Positions 35,913 to 46,937 are shown, counted from the stretch's first letter. The stretch is 64,000 bases of DNA from an uncultured Trueperaceae bacterium (GCA_963799485.1 CAWCXJ010000006.1:448001-512000); one strand, 5' to 3'. Notes: generated by a model from the sequence alone, not told the origin. Program-made: numbers and translations.

Positions 35913-37169
35913 ATGCCTACGACCCGCTACAGCAAATACGAAGCGACCCTAGACGACCTCGACATGAGCGAGCTGATGAAGATGCTCCAAGACCGGCTGA
36001 TGGAATCGGGCTATCAGCGCAACCCCTGGGATCCCGACCCGAACTATCAGCAGTCGATGCAAGACCTTTACGACGCCATCGCCGAAGCGCTGATCAACAA
36101 CGAACTCGTCAGCGACGAGATGATCGAGCAGGCGATGAACGCCGAAAACTGGATGGATTCGAAACTCGGCGAGGCCGTAAAAGAACTCGCGCAGCGGCTC
36201 GAGCGCGAGGGTTATCTCAAACCGAGTGACGGCGACAGCGAAGAGCGCGACCCGAACAACCCCGGACAGGGCGGTCAAGGCCCCGACCGCGACCCCGGTC
36301 AAGTCAAGTTCGAGCTGACCAATAAAGCCATCGACTTTTTGGGTTACCGCACCCTCAAAGACGTGCTCGGCGGCGCGGGCCGTTCGTCGGTCGGCGCGCA
36401 CGAGACGAAGTTTCAAACGACCGGCGTCGAATCGTCGGCGGAGTCCAAACCTTATGAGTTCGGCGACACCATCAACATGGACGTGGGGGCAACCTTCAAA
36501 AATTCTGCCAAACACGGGCTGAACGCTGACGGTAGTTTCGATTTGCAGTACGGCGACCTCGAGGTCGTCCAGACCGAATACAACTCGTCGGCGGCGACCG
36601 TGGTGTTACTTGACTGCTCGCACTCGATGATCCTTTACGGCGAAGACCGTTTTACGCCCGCCAAACAAGTTGCCCTGGCTTTAGCCCACCTCATTCAAAC
36701 GCAGTACCGCGGCGATACGATTCAGTTTGCCTTGTTTCACAACTCTGCTGAAGAGCTGCCGCTCGCCAAACTCGCGCAGGCGCAGGTCGGGCCGTATCAC
36801 ACGAACACCGCCGAGGGTTTGCGTTTGGCGCAAAAGATGCTCAAACGGCAGAACAAGGACATGAAGCAGATCGTGATGATTACCGACGGTAAACCCTCGG
36901 CGATTACGCTTCCGAACGGGCGCGTTTATAAGAACGCTTACGGTCTCGACCCGATGGTGTTGGGCGAAACGCTCCGCGAAGTCGGCAACTGCCGCCGTCA
37001 GGGGATTCAGATCAACACCTTTATGTTGGCCCGCGACCCTGAACTTATCGCTTTCGTGCAGCGCGTTTCGGCAATGACGCAGGGCAAAGCGTACTTTACG
37101 ACGCCGCACACGATTGGGCGCTACGTCTTGCAAGATTTTCAGTCGAAGCGGACGAAAACGGTCAACTGA
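35913..37169 (+). CDS. vWA-domain protein (partner of the AAA+ ATPase)
   Basis: MIDAS DCSHS, T, ITDG. Confidence 0.88.
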   Translation: MPTTRYSKYEATLDDLDMSELMKMLQDRLMESGYQRNPWDPDPNYQQSMQDLYDAIAEALINNELVSDEMIEQAMNAENWMDSKLGEAVKELAQRLEREGYLKPSDGDSEERDPNNPGQGGQGPDRDPGQVKFELTNKAIDFLGYRTLKDVLGGAGRSSVGAHETKFQTTGVESSAESKPYEFGDTINMDVGATFKNSAKHGLNADGSFDLQYGDLEVVQTEYNSSAATVVLLDCSHSMILYGEDRFTPAKQVALALAHLIQTQYRGDTIQFALFHNSAEELPLAKLAQAQVGPYHTNTAEGLRLAQKMLKRQNKDMKQIVMITDGKPSAITLPNGRVYKNAYGLDPMVLGETLREVGNCRRQGIQINTFMLARDPELIAFVQRVSAMTQGKAYFTTPHTIGRYVLQDFQSKRTKTVN

Positions 37170-37493
37170 TAAGGTATCGGATTAAAGTCTTGCGGTCTCA
37201 CGGGTTTACAGACAAGGAGCCGCAAAACTTTTTTGACTCGAGCCGAGCTAGATCAAGGCCGCACTTGTCGTGCAAACGGGTTCGCGCAGCGCGTGCAACG
37301 ACCCGCGCAGACCGCAAGCAAACTCGGCTTTTGTCCGCCCGTCACCGACGCGGCTGGTAGCTGGGTTCTATAATTGTTTTGCGGACATACCTTGGCCGGT
37401 TGCGCCGCTTCAACGCTCCGTGGGTGGGGACCTGCGGAGTATTTTTCTGCGTATTTTTCTGCTCCCCGCTCCAGGCTGTTTTATGCTGGAGCC

Positions 37494-37817
37494 ATGAACC
37501 GTATCGGCTTTACCCTGCAAGTTCACCCGGAAAAGATTGCAGCGTACAAACGTCATCACCAGGACGTATGGCCTGAGATGCGCGCCGCGCTGACCCAGGC
37601 GGGGTGGCACAACTACTCGCTCTTTATCCGCCCGGACGGGCTTTTGTTCGGTTATTTCGAAACGCCCGGCACACTTGCCGAGGCGCAGGCAAAGATGGCA
37701 GACAGTGAGGTCAACGCCCGTTGGCAGGCGCTGATGGCTCCTTTTTTCGAGCTGCCGGACAGGGCCAAAGCAGATGAGATGATGCGCGAACTCGAGCCCG
37801 TCTTTTACCTGCCCTAA
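37494..37817 (+). CDS. rhaM: L-rhamnose mutarotase family protein
   Basis: Y...H..VWPEM...L...G..NYS.F; VNARWQ..M. Confidence 0.85.
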   Translation: MNRIGFTLQVHPEKIAAYKRHHQDVWPEMRAALTQAGWHNYSLFIRPDGLLFGYFETPGTLAEAQAKMADSEVNARWQALMAPFFELPDRAKADEMMRELEPVFYLP

Positions 37818-37877
37818 AGCGTAAAAATTGCGTTCAGCAAACCTGTTCTGCGGTACGATAGCCTTGAGGAGGACGAC

Positions 37878-37976
37878 ATGACGAGTATCAGCACCCTGTT
37901 TGTTATCGTAATAGTCATCGGCTTGTTCGGGTGTGTGCCGCTTTTAGGCGCGCTTTTACCCCGCGACGACGACTAG
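37878..37976 (+). CDS. 32-aa single-TM small protein (MTSISTLFVIVIVIGLFGCVPLLGALLPRDDD)
   Basis: Strong RBS GAGGAGG; hydrophobic helix and acidic tail; below the ORF-track cutoff. Confidence 0.6.
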   Translation: MTSISTLFVIVIVIGLFGCVPLLGALLPRDDD

Positions 37977-38347
37977 CGTTCAGGTTCGTTGGGGTTTCTG
38001 ACCAGATACCGCGTCCCGCTGACGACGAGTTGTGCGTGGTCACCGGGGCGCGCGTTTGCCGGTCCGTCCGGGCTCAGCACGTCGTAAAGCCGTCCTGTTT
38101 TGACCGACGCCCACTCCTGCCGCTCGGGTGTGACGAGTTTACATACGACGATAACACCTTCTCGAGCGTTGCGTCTGGGGCTGTATTCGGGTAGGTCTAG
38201 GGGCGGGTTCGGCGCAGCGTATTCGTTACGCTGCCGACGCCGCAGAAACCAAAAGCTTATGGCGGCGACGAGTACCCCAATGATGACTTCTTGGGTGACC
38301 AGATAGGCCGCTACGCCCAGCACCAGCGCAATGAACGGCCCTTTCAC
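37973..38347 (-). CDS. Hypothetical membrane-anchored protein
   Basis: Overlaps nfo stop by 4 bp; two N-terminal TM segments. Confidence 0.7.
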   Translation of the reverse strand: MKGPFIALVLGVAAYLVTQEVIIGVLVAAISFWFLRRRQRNEYAAPNPPLDLPEYSPRRNAREGVIVVCKLVTPERQEWASVKTGRLYDVLSPDGPANARPGDHAQLVVSGTRYLVRNPNEPER

Positions 38348-39195
38348 ACGAGCGCCGCGCGCAGCCTTGTAAGGTCGCGCGCATGACCCAGCCCGTCGTC
38401 GCCTGTGGGGGTCTCGAGTAGCATCGGCATTTCAGCAAAGCGCTCGTCGGCAGCGAGCCGGACAAACGTCTCCAGCCCGATTTCACCCTCGCCCAAGTTG
38501 GCGTGCCGGTCGCGCCGCGCGCCGCGCGGATAACGCGAATCATTGAGGTGAAAACAGCCGATGCGTTCGGGGCCAAGCTGCGCCGCTGCGTCGTCCAGAA
38601 ATTCTGCCAAGCCGGTTTTGGTCTGCAGCGGATAGCCCGCGGCGAACGCGTGGCAGGTATCCAGACACACCCCGAGACGTGCGGGATACTCACTCAGCGA
38701 GATGATGTGGCGCAACTCTGCCAACCTGCTGCCGAGGGTCGTACCCTGTCCGGCAGTGTTCTCGAGCAAAACCGGAATCTTATTTTCGGGCCCCAGGTCG
38801 GCAAATACCGTATCCAGTGAGCGGGCGACCGCCGCCAAACCCGCTTCGACGCCCGCGCCCAAGTGTGCTCCGGGATGGACGACCAGACCTTCAACGCCGA
38901 GTTCATGACACCGCGCGAGTTCATCTTTGAGGGCGGCTCGAGACTTCTGCAGCGTTTCCGGATTGGTAGCTGAAAGGTTGATAAGGTAAGACGCGTGCGC
39001 GGTAACAGGCGGGTCGCCGTGTGCGGCTCGAGCCTCCTCGTACTTTGCACGCTCCACCTCGCTCAGTGGTTTGGCTGCCCAACGGTTGGCGTTTTTGACG
39101 AAAACCTGGAGCGCGTCGCAGCCTACGGCTGCCGCGTTGCCGAAAGCTTTTGCCACGCCGCCTGTGGTGGGTACGTGTGCGCCGAGCAGCGCCAT
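38344..39195 (-). CDS. nfo: Endonuclease IV
   Basis: GAH, HASYLIN, HPG, LENTAG, DTCH, HLND, DRHAN, ETP. Confidence 0.96.
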   Translation of the reverse strand: MALLGAHVPTTGGVAKAFGNAAAVGCDALQVFVKNANRWAAKPLSEVERAKYEEARAAHGDPPVTAHASYLINLSATNPETLQKSRAALKDELARCHELGVEGLVVHPGAHLGAGVEAGLAAVARSLDTVFADLGPENKIPVLLENTAGQGTTLGSRLAELRHIISLSEYPARLGVCLDTCHAFAAGYPLQTKTGLAEFLDDAAAQLGPERIGCFHLNDSRYPRGARRDRHANLGEGEIGLETFVRLAADERFAEMPMLLETPTGDDGLGHARDLTRLRAALV

Positions 39196-39509
39196 GCTAA
39201 AGGACTCCGCGCCGGCACTGAGGCAACGCGAACGCGTGAGCGCCAGTGCTGGGAACCGTGATACTGCTGCCGGTCAGCAGTCCTGTGAGGTAAACCAAAA
39301 GGTAGCGCGGTACACGGGTAAGAAGGTAGGCGGAAGACGACATATCGGTTTGTACCGCACATGCACCCCTGAGAATGTCGCCTCGAGCGTCCCGGTAGCC
39401 GGTGTCAACTGCCGGACGTCACGCCGATAAATTCGCGGTAGACTTAAAGCCTTGCTTTCTTTACAAGGTCAAAGCGTGCGACTTGGCTGAGAGTTAGCTG
39501 AAAGGCACC

Positions 39510-40826
39510 ATGACACAAACCTCAACGAAACAAGCTTCAACAGAGCAACTCTCGACTTTCGACTTCGGGTTCGACCCCCGCCTCTTGGCAGGCGTAAACG
39601 CTGCGGGCTACCGTAAACCGACGCCGATTCAGGCGCAGGCTATTCCTGCAGCTTTGGCGGGCCGGGATATCTTGGGCCTCGCGCAAACAGGGACAGGCAA
39701 GACGGCGGCGTTTGTTTTGCCGCTTCTCCACCGGCTCGTCGGTGGCCCACGCGGACAGGTTCGGGCGCTGATTGTCGCGCCGACCCGTGAACTCGCCGAA
39801 CAGATTCACAGCGACGTCAAAATACTTGCAGCGGGGACAAAACTGCGGAGCGCGACGGTTTACGGCGGCGTCGGGATGAATCCGCAGGCGCAAGCCTTGC
39901 GCGGCGGAGCCGACATCATCGTCGCGTGTCCGGGACGGCTTTTAGATCACCTCGAGCGCGGTACCGGAACACTCGCCAACATAGAAACCCTCGTGCTAGA
40001 CGAAGCCGACCAGATGTTCGATATGGGTTTTTTGCCTGCGATTCGCGCGCTTGTCAAGCGCGTTCCAAAACGCGCACAAAAGATGCTTTTTTCTGCGACG
40101 ATGCCCCGCGACCTGCGCGCCCTCGCCGAGTCGGTGCTAAGCGACCCTGTGACCGTCGAAATCGGTCGCGCCGCCCCCGCCGAAACGGTCTCGCACGCGC
40201 TCTATCCTGTTCCCCGGCAGCAGAAAACCGAACTACTCAAACACCTTTTGCGCCACACCGACACGCGTTCGGCGCTCGTTTTTACCCGCACCAAGCATGG
40301 AGCCAAAAGGCTTGCCGAACAGCTGGACCGCGATAACTTTTTTGCCACCTCGCTCCAGGGTAATCTGTCGCAAAACAAACGGCAGCGCGCGTTAGACGAT
40401 TTTCGTTCCGGCAACGTCCATGTTCTCGTCGCCACCGACATCGCAGCGCGCGGTATCGACGTGACGGGCGTGTCGCACGTCATCAACTACGACGTGCCGA
40501 TGACCGCCGAAGCGTATACCCACCGTTTGGGCCGAACCGGACGGGCCGAGCGGAGCGGCGCAGCGGTGACGTTTGTCACGGCTGATGATGACAAGGCCGT
40601 CCGCACGATTGAACGGGAGTTGGGGCGGCTCGAGCGCGTCACCCTCAAGAGTTTCAGCTACGACGAAGCGACCACTTCTGCTGATTCGGGGCGGCAACAA
40701 AGTAGGCGGGGTCAGGGTACAAGTACACAGCGCAGCGGCGCACCCAAGCCGGGTACGCCGAACCGTAACGCGCGTAGAGGCGGCCCGTCCTCGAGCAAAC
40801 GGGGTTCCTCAGGGCGGTCGAAGTAG
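39510..40826 (+). CDS. rhlE: DEAD-box RNA helicase (RhlE-like)
   Basis: AQTGTGKT, PTRELA, DEAD, SAT, HRLGRTGRA; basic tail. Confidence 0.92.
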   Translation: MTQTSTKQASTEQLSTFDFGFDPRLLAGVNAAGYRKPTPIQAQAIPAALAGRDILGLAQTGTGKTAAFVLPLLHRLVGGPRGQVRALIVAPTRELAEQIHSDVKILAAGTKLRSATVYGGVGMNPQAQALRGGADIIVACPGRLLDHLERGTGTLANIETLVLDEADQMFDMGFLPAIRALVKRVPKRAQKMLFSATMPRDLRALAESVLSDPVTVEIGRAAPAETVSHALYPVPRQQKTELLKHLLRHTDTRSALVFTRTKHGAKRLAEQLDRDNFFATSLQGNLSQNKRQRALDDFRSGNVHVLVATDIAARGIDVTGVSHVINYDVPMTAEAYTHRLGRTGRAERSGAAVTFVTADDDKAVRTIERELGRLERVTLKSFSYDEATTSADSGRQQSRRGQGTSTQRSGAPKPGTPNRNARRGGPSSSKRGSSGRSK

Positions 40827-40829
40827 ACA

Positions 40830-41525
40830 TTACTCGCTGTCTATAGTGTCTCCGGCTATGTTACCGTCTGAACGTTCAACCTCTACCTCCTCACGCCTGA
40901 GCGTCACCTGCTGCTGCTCGTGACGTTCAGTGCGCCGCGTCGTAATCCGCACCTCTTCGACGAGCATAAGTTGTTTGGTTACGACCAGGACTTCTTCGTA
41001 GAGCGGGATAACCATCGTGTCGCCTTCGTTGCGGGGCAGCGCGGCTTCATCTACCTTGCGGCCTATTTTAATTCGTTCAACCTCGAGGCGTTCTTGAGCG
41101 AGCGGCGCGTCGACAGTTTCGGTGCGTTCCGTAACGTACTTGCGGAGCTGAACCCGGTTGCGCTCTACACGGCGTTTGCCGACCTTTAAGGTTTCCTCGA
41201 CCAGCGGGATGACGGTGTCGCCGGTTTCAGGCGCACCTTCGGTCGTTTGAGTATCGCCCTGGGGCTCTGCTATTCCTGAAGCTGCCAAGTCTGTTTCCAG
41301 CTCGGTCTGCGCCGCGTATTCGCGCAGCTTCAGCCGGAGGTCGTAACGTCCGTCGGCCCTCGGCACCAGCAGTTCAGCCGGTACGAGAAACTGGGCCCCG
41401 TCTTCCAGGTGCAGGAGAATTTGGTTTTCACCTACGCCTTCACCTACGTCGGCGTCTACGGACTCGAGTCGGGCGTTAAAGGCCAGGCCTTCGGCGTCGA
41501 CAACGACTGCATCTGTTTTACTCAT
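40830..41525 (-). CDS. YsnF/AvaK (DUF2382) protein
   Basis: IPLVEE.L.VGKR, EEV.I, LRREEV.VER. Confidence 0.85.
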   Translation of the reverse strand: MSKTDAVVVDAEGLAFNARLESVDADVGEGVGENQILLHLEDGAQFLVPAELLVPRADGRYDLRLKLREYAAQTELETDLAASGIAEPQGDTQTTEGAPETGDTVIPLVEETLKVGKRRVERNRVQLRKYVTERTETVDAPLAQERLEVERIKIGRKVDEAALPRNEGDTMVIPLYEEVLVVTKQLMLVEEVRITTRRTERHEQQQVTLRREEVEVERSDGNIAGDTIDSE

Positions 41526-41599
41526 ATATTTCTCCCGGTACTGCTAAAAATCTGCTCCTAGCGCGTGTCTAGGAGCATCGGTTGATTTGCGTTACAAAC

Positions 41600-42469
41600 T
41601 CAGCTCTTTCCGCGTAACCTGTCCCACGCATTTTTGACGCTGCCCTGCGCTTCTTCCCAACTGCTTTTGTCCTTGTTGTTGCGCTCCCAGTCGCTGCGCG
41701 CTTTGCCCTCGACCTCGTGCCACTCGCTGTCTTTATACTGCGGGTCCGAAGCTAACGATTCACCGTAGCGCGACCCGAGTTCTTCGACTTCGACGTCGGC
41801 GCGGCGTACCGTATCACGCACCGTTTCGGTTCGGTTTTCAACCTCTTTGCCGACGACGACCTCTTCGACGACGCGGGCTTCTTTAGCGACCATGGCCTCT
41901 TCGTCGGTTTCGGTGAATTCGATGGTTTTTTCGGTAAAGAGGTCGGCCGTATCGTTGACCCCACGGTCGACTTTCTGCCGGTCGACGTGAATGGTTTCGT
42001 CGCGGAGCGTCACCTGCGCTTCGACGTCGCGTTCGGACACGACCCGTTTGACCCGTACCCCACCACGCTCGACCGTGCGCTTGCCGACCTGGAGCTGTTC
42101 CTCGACGACCTCGAGCCGCTGCTCGCCGCTCGGGTCTGTCTTTGTGCTGGAGGTCTGCGTATCCCCCGACGCGTACTGTGCGTCGCTACTAGCTGCTGAG
42201 GTGTAGTAGCGGTTCATAATCGCGACGGCCTCGTCGGTTCGGTCGTCTTCAGCCTGAACGACGACAAGCGCACCGTCTTGCGTCACGCCCTCGGCGTAGT
42301 CGTGCGCGTCGTCCGGTTCGACACCTGCATCTTTGAGCTGAGACTCGAGGTTGCTGCTGTCACCGTTGTAACGGGTGACGGCGCTGCTGCTAAAACCGCT
42401 GTTGGTAAGGTCGTTGACTACCTCGTCGGCCACGCCGACACTTTCAAATACACCGATGACATTGTTCAT
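41600..42469 (-). CDS. YsnF/AvaK (DUF2382) general stress protein
   Basis: VVEEQLQVGKR.VERGGVRV, VRRADVEVE. Confidence 0.88.
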   Translation of the reverse strand: MNNVIGVFESVGVADEVVNDLTNSGFSSSAVTRYNGDSSNLESQLKDAGVEPDDAHDYAEGVTQDGALVVVQAEDDRTDEAVAIMNRYYTSAASSDAQYASGDTQTSSTKTDPSGEQRLEVVEEQLQVGKRTVERGGVRVKRVVSERDVEAQVTLRDETIHVDRQKVDRGVNDTADLFTEKTIEFTETDEEAMVAKEARVVEEVVVGKEVENRTETVRDTVRRADVEVEELGSRYGESLASDPQYKDSEWHEVEGKARSDWERNNKDKSSWEEAQGSVKNAWDRLRGKS

Positions 42470-42620
42470 CTGCTTCTCCTTTAACTAAACTGAACTGCCC
42501 GGTTTTAGGTAACCGGGCACGTTTGGGAATTTTGAGGTTTACTCTAACCGGGTACGCCCCGAACAAAAATGTAGTTGTGTGACAACGTAAAAGGCTGGTG
42601 GCTCGCCTTGAAGCCGACCT

Positions 42621-43565
42621 TTAACGCCGGCGCTTTTCTTCCCAGGTCGTCCTCACATCGTCTTTGACTTCATCCCAGTTACCGCCGCTGTTGCCCCGCT
42701 CGTATTCGGTGCGCGCCTCGTCTTCGAACTCGTGCCATTCGCGGTTTTCGTAGCGTGCGTCGCTTGCCAGACCTTGAGCGAGTTCCTCGATTTCGACGTC
42801 GGCGCGGCGGACTGTGCCGCGCACGGTTTCGGTACGTTCTTCAACGTCTTTGCCGACGACAACCTCTTCGACGACGTGCGCTTCTTTAGCGATTACGGCC
42901 TCTTCGTCGGTTTCGGTGAACTCGTAGGTTTTCTCGGTAAAGAGGTCGCCGTCTGTGTTGTCCGCGCTGTCGAGTTTGCGGTCAACCGTTTGCCGGTCGA
43001 CGCGGATGGTTTCGTCGCGGAGCGTGACCTGCTCTTCAACCGGGCGTTCGGTTACGACCCGCCGTACTCTCATCCCGCCGCGCTCCACATCGCGTTTTCC
43101 GACTCTGAGGCGCTCCTCTACAACGTCGAGGCGCGTTTCGTCGCCGGTATTTACGGTGCCCCGGTCGCTATCGGTAACATCATCAGTGGTCGTTTCCAAG
43201 CTATCCGCCCCCACGATGTCTGCGTCTACGGGTTCTGTATCGGCGGCGTAGTCGACTTCATCTGCCGCGTAGTCGGCGTCGTTATCTTCGGTTCCGGCGT
43301 AGCGGTTCATGATCTCGACCGCTTCATCGACGTGGCTGTCTTCAACCCGTACCGAAACGAGTGCGCCGCCCTGCCTCAGGCCCTCGGCGTAATAGTTCGC
43401 GTCGGCGTCGGCGACACCTTCACGCTCGAGTTCCCCTTCAATATCGCTCTGATCACCCTCAAAACGGTTGATGTTGCGCTCTTTGAAACCGTTGTTCTTG
43501 AGTTCCTCGACGACCTGATCGGCGACACTTTTATTTTCAAATAGACCGATAACGTTGTTTGCCAT
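42621..43565 (-). CDS. YsnF/AvaK (DUF2382) general stress protein, paralogue of the previous gene
   Basis: MANNVIGLF; VVEERLRVGKRDVERGG; RBS AAGGA. Confidence 0.88.
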   Translation of the reverse strand: MANNVIGLFENKSVADQVVEELKNNGFKERNINRFEGDQSDIEGELEREGVADADANYYAEGLRQGGALVSVRVEDSHVDEAVEIMNRYAGTEDNDADYAADEVDYAADTEPVDADIVGADSLETTTDDVTDSDRGTVNTGDETRLDVVEERLRVGKRDVERGGMRVRRVVTERPVEEQVTLRDETIRVDRQTVDRKLDSADNTDGDLFTEKTYEFTETDEEAVIAKEAHVVEEVVVGKDVEERTETVRGTVRRADVEIEELAQGLASDARYENREWHEFEDEARTEYERGNSGGNWDEVKDDVRTTWEEKRRR

Positions 43566-44238
43566 TGTTTGTTCCTTTCCTGCTTCTTGATAGAACGTAT
43601 ACGTGTTGTACACATCGCTGACCCAGCGGGTTCTTTTACCCCAGCGAACCCGCCGCCTCCGCACCGCACGCTGCCCTGCCTCCGTGCCTAAGGTGTATGG
43701 TGTCACTCTCTGTACCAAAAAAATGTAGGTATTGACCCCATTCATTTGCACTCTCTAACGAGATACCTGTACTAGTTGCACTAGATTCAGCGCGAGCTTT
43801 TTAGTCTCCGTGTATGCCGGAAACCACTTTCGAAGGCAATCTCTACGGCGCTCAGAAGCTAAGTGCAGAATTTAAGTTAAGCGAGGTGCAAGTCCTCGGT
43901 AGTACAGTATTTTGAAGCCATGCGTGCTTCTTGCGCCATAATGTTTTGGTGAGCTCGAGGTGAGTAAAGCAGACGGATGGGAATGAGGTCGGCTTGCGGC
44001 GGCACGGCAGCTATAAAAACTGAACTGCACGGCTTAAGAACACCACCCGCCGAGACGAGTACATGGGCCTGCTATCTAGGTATGGTCAAACTCTACAAAT
44101 TACGTCAACACTGAACCCAGCTGAACCTGCCTCATGTTGCTCGCGTTGATTGCGAGCAACAGCGTAGCAAACTGCGTGAGCAGGTCAGCAGCGTAGGAAG
44201 CTAGAAACTTGACCGCAAAACTTAAAAGTTTGTAACGC

Positions 44239-44457
44239 TTACTTACGGTTGCGCCGGTACGATTCACCAAAGCGCTTCTGAAACTTCTCGACGCGCCCTT
44301 CGGTGTCGATAAAACGCTGCTGTCCTGTGTAAAACGGGTGGTTGCCCGACCACACATCGACGCGCAGTTCGGGTTTGGTGCTGTACGTTTCCATTACGAC
44401 GTCGCCGTCGCAGTAGACCTTACAGGGTACCATTTTAGGGTGAATATCTTTTTTCAT
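44239..44457 (-). CDS. rpmE: 50S ribosomal protein L31
   Basis: MKKDIHP...HPFYTG.Q...DT.GRVE.F. Confidence 0.96.
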   Translation of the reverse strand: MKKDIHPKMVPCKVYCDGDVVMETYSTKPELRVDVWSGNHPFYTGQQRFIDTEGRVEKFQKRFGESYRRNRK

Positions 44458-44553
44458 CATTCTCCTTCGGCACGGTCGTCGTCGTGCAAACAAACCAGTC
44501 TAGCAGAAATATTCGGGTTTTGCAGCCTCTGAAATAGCCCAGGTGCATACCTA

Positions 44554-44820
44554 TTACCGGGCCAGCTTGAGGAGCTTTACGAGGTCTTTGGGTTCGTCGG
44601 CGCGAGCCAGGCACCGGGCGACATAGGTCTCGAGCACCACGTCTCCGGCAGCGTCCAAGGCGCTTTTAGCGCTCGCAAGTTGCGTCATTACTGCGGTACA
44701 GCTTTGCTCCTCTTCGATCATCCGTTGCAGACCACGAATCTGACCTTCCAAACGGCGTAAACGGTTGACGATTCTAACTTTTTCGGCCTTATGGTCGGTA
44801 ATAGCGGGGACGCTGGTCAT
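44554..44820 (-). CDS. CsoR/RcnR-family repressor (CstR-like)
   Basis: NRL.R.EGQ.RG...M....C...Q; two Cys. Confidence 0.88.
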   Translation of the reverse strand: MTSVPAITDHKAEKVRIVNRLRRLEGQIRGLQRMIEEEQSCTAVMTQLASAKSALDAAGDVVLETYVARCLARADEPKDLVKLLKLAR

Positions 44821-44826
44821 AACGCA

Positions 44827-44873
44827 AGTATACCCCCTGACCCCATCCGACGTATAGGAATAGGGGGTATACT
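44827..44873. promoter_or_regulatory. CsoR/CstR-type operator: 12-bp inverted repeat AGTATACCCCCT...AGGGGGTATACT
   Basis: Perfect arms with C/G tracts; each arm contains a TATACT -10 for one of the divergent genes. Confidence 0.75.
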
Positions 44874-44897
44874 ATCAAAGCTAAAGAAGCGGTGGTT

Positions 44898-45539
44898 ATG
44901 TACTTTGAACGAAGTGCCAGAATACGGCTGGCCCGGCCCCTGTACTCGTCGGTGCGTAGCCGAGGCCGGGGCCCACCGACCTAACCGGAAAACTCCTCAG
45001 CGACACCCGTTCACGCGAGGCGTATCACCGGGGGTTGCTACCCGGCGCACTCAACCTCACTGCAGGGAGCAATTTCGAGACCTGGGCGGGGCGGCTGATC
45101 GACCCCGAATGTGAAACGCGCCTCTTGGTTTTGCTAGCCGCAGGTGAACTGGAAGCTTAGGCGCTGCGTGAAAGCGAGCAGGTTGGTATTCGACCATGTA
45201 GCGGATTATCTGACGAGCCTGGAAGACCTGCCTACATAGGCGACGCTGCTGCTCGAGCCCGCTGAACTGGACGTCAATGCCCCCTTCATTCTCGACGTCA
45301 GGACAACAGCCGAACACGGAGATGGGCATATTCCCGAAGCCATGCTGATTCACGCCGGACGATTGCCCGCGCAGCTTGCCGAATTACCGACCGATACCCC
45401 GATCGTTGTTCGTTGCCAGTCGGGGAGGCGTTCGGTTGGCGCAGCAAGTTTGCTGCGTGCGAACGGCTTTGGGAATGTTTTAGAGCTGGCTGGTGGTTGT
45501 CCGAACTGGCAGCGCAGCCAAAGGGCACAGGCCGTTTGA
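44898..45539 (+). pseudogene. Degenerate MBL-fold persulfide dioxygenase-rhodanese fusion (CstB/Blh-like)
   Basis: Starts MYFER; ends in a rhodanese ILDVR...GHIP...CQSGRRS; middle deleted or frameshifted. Confidence 0.65.
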
Positions 45540-46022
45540 GTCAAGCTTTACGAGCCGCCCGTGACCCTGGTATGTGGCGGGGTCACTTATCGGTCTTTCC
45601 CGGCATTTCTGCTGCCGGGTAACAAGCCTTTTGGTGCCTCGTCAAATCTGCGCCACGGCTACGCAGTACTTTTACCCAACGCCGCCAAACCTAAACTGCG
45701 TTATGACTGGCGCGCCGAATCGTAGAATCTGACGTTTGCACTTGGTTTGCACTTGGTATCGTTTTGGGTGGCCTGATTGGTGGAGTGCTGCTCTCGCTAA
45801 CCCGGAACCGGTCGCGCTCAGCCGCTGCTGTAAAGAGCATAAAGCAAGTGTGCAGTCTGGGTTGGTACCCACTACCCTTAGCTCGACTTTGCACAGTCAG
45901 GCGGCGTAGCGGAGCCTATCTACCAAGCGCCTGGCAGCCAAGGTTACTGATGTTGCCGAGCGGACGAAACAACATGTGCCTAACACGGTATGGCAGCGCT
46001 GGAACAGCTATAAAATAGCTTT

Positions 46023-46937
46023 GTGGCGAGGCGTAAGCGGATCGTTAGGATTTTTGGTAAAGCGGCGCTTCTCTGGCAGTCGCACAGTGCGCCCCGGTTG
46101 GGGGCGGCGCTGGCGTTTTACACGGTTTTGTCACTCGCCCCGCTGCTCATCGTCGCCGTCGGTGTTACGAGTTTGTTTTTAAGCCGCGCCGAGGTGCAGC
46201 AGGGCATTTTAGAGCAGGTTGCGCTCGCCCTCGGGCCGGAAAGCGATCAAATCATCGGCGTGTTGCAGAGTCTGTTTAGAAACGCCTTTAACGCCTATCA
46301 AACGAGTACCGGTATTATCACCTCGGCAGTCGGGCTGGGCGTGCTGCTCTTCGGCGCGTCTTTGGTACTCGTCGAACTGCGGGCGGCAGTGAATATCCTT
46401 TGGGGCGTCGCCGCGCCCGCGAGCAGGCGTGAAGGTGCGCTTACGTTTCTTAAAAACCGGGCGATTTCGGTCGCGCTGGTTTTGGGTATCGGCATTCTTA
46501 TAGTTGGCGGCCTGACGCTGAGTACCTACTTGGGCGCAAGCCGGGAATTTTTACAAGCCCACCGCGTACCGGTCGCACTTTTGGGGTGGCTCGAGGCACT
46601 TTTCGGCTTCGTTCTGCTGACTCTCTTTTTGGCGCTGCTCTACAAGTATCTGCCCGCAACCCGGGTGCGCTGGCGCGACACCTGGTTCGGTGCGCTTTTT
46701 ACGGCGGTTCTTTTTACCTTGGGGCGCTGGCTTTTCGGCGCGTACCTGACCGAGAGCGCGCTGGGAAGCGCCTACGGTGCAGCAGGCTCACTGGTGGTTT
46801 TTTTGCTCTGGGTTTACTATTCGGCACAACTGTTCTTTTTCGGTGCGGCGCTCTGCCGCGCGGTCAGAGATACGCAGCAACGGCCCATCGTCATCCGCAG
46901 GTCACCCGAACCGTCTCGTTCGCAACCGGACGCCTGA
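46023..46937 (+). CDS. YihY/virulence factor BrkB family membrane protein
   Basis: GAALAFY...SLAP; YGAAGS....LLWVYYSAQ. Confidence 0.9.
   Translation: MARRKRIVRIFGKAALLWQSHSAPRLGAALAFYTVLSLAPLLIVAVGVTSLFLSRAEVQQGILEQVALALGPESDQIIGVLQSLFRNAFNAYQTSTGIITSAVGLGVLLFGASLVLVELRAAVNILWGVAAPASRREGALTFLKNRAISVALVLGIGILIVGGLTLSTYLGASREFLQAHRVPVALLGWLEALFGFVLLTLFLALLYKYLPATRVRWRDTWFGALFTAVLFTLGRWLFGAYLTESALGSAYGAAGSLVVFLLWVYYSAQLFFFGAALCRAVRDTQQRPIVIRRSPEPSRSQPDA

Noticed and set aside
33976..37169. AAA+/vWA pair as a novel system
   Set aside because: Known widespread MoxR/chelatase-vWA module; the intervening DinB-like gene is unremarkable.
43880..43900. CGAGGTGCAAGTCCTCG hairpin resembling cobalamin-riboswitch or group II intron pieces
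   Set aside because: No B12 box, domain V or other required elements found nearby.
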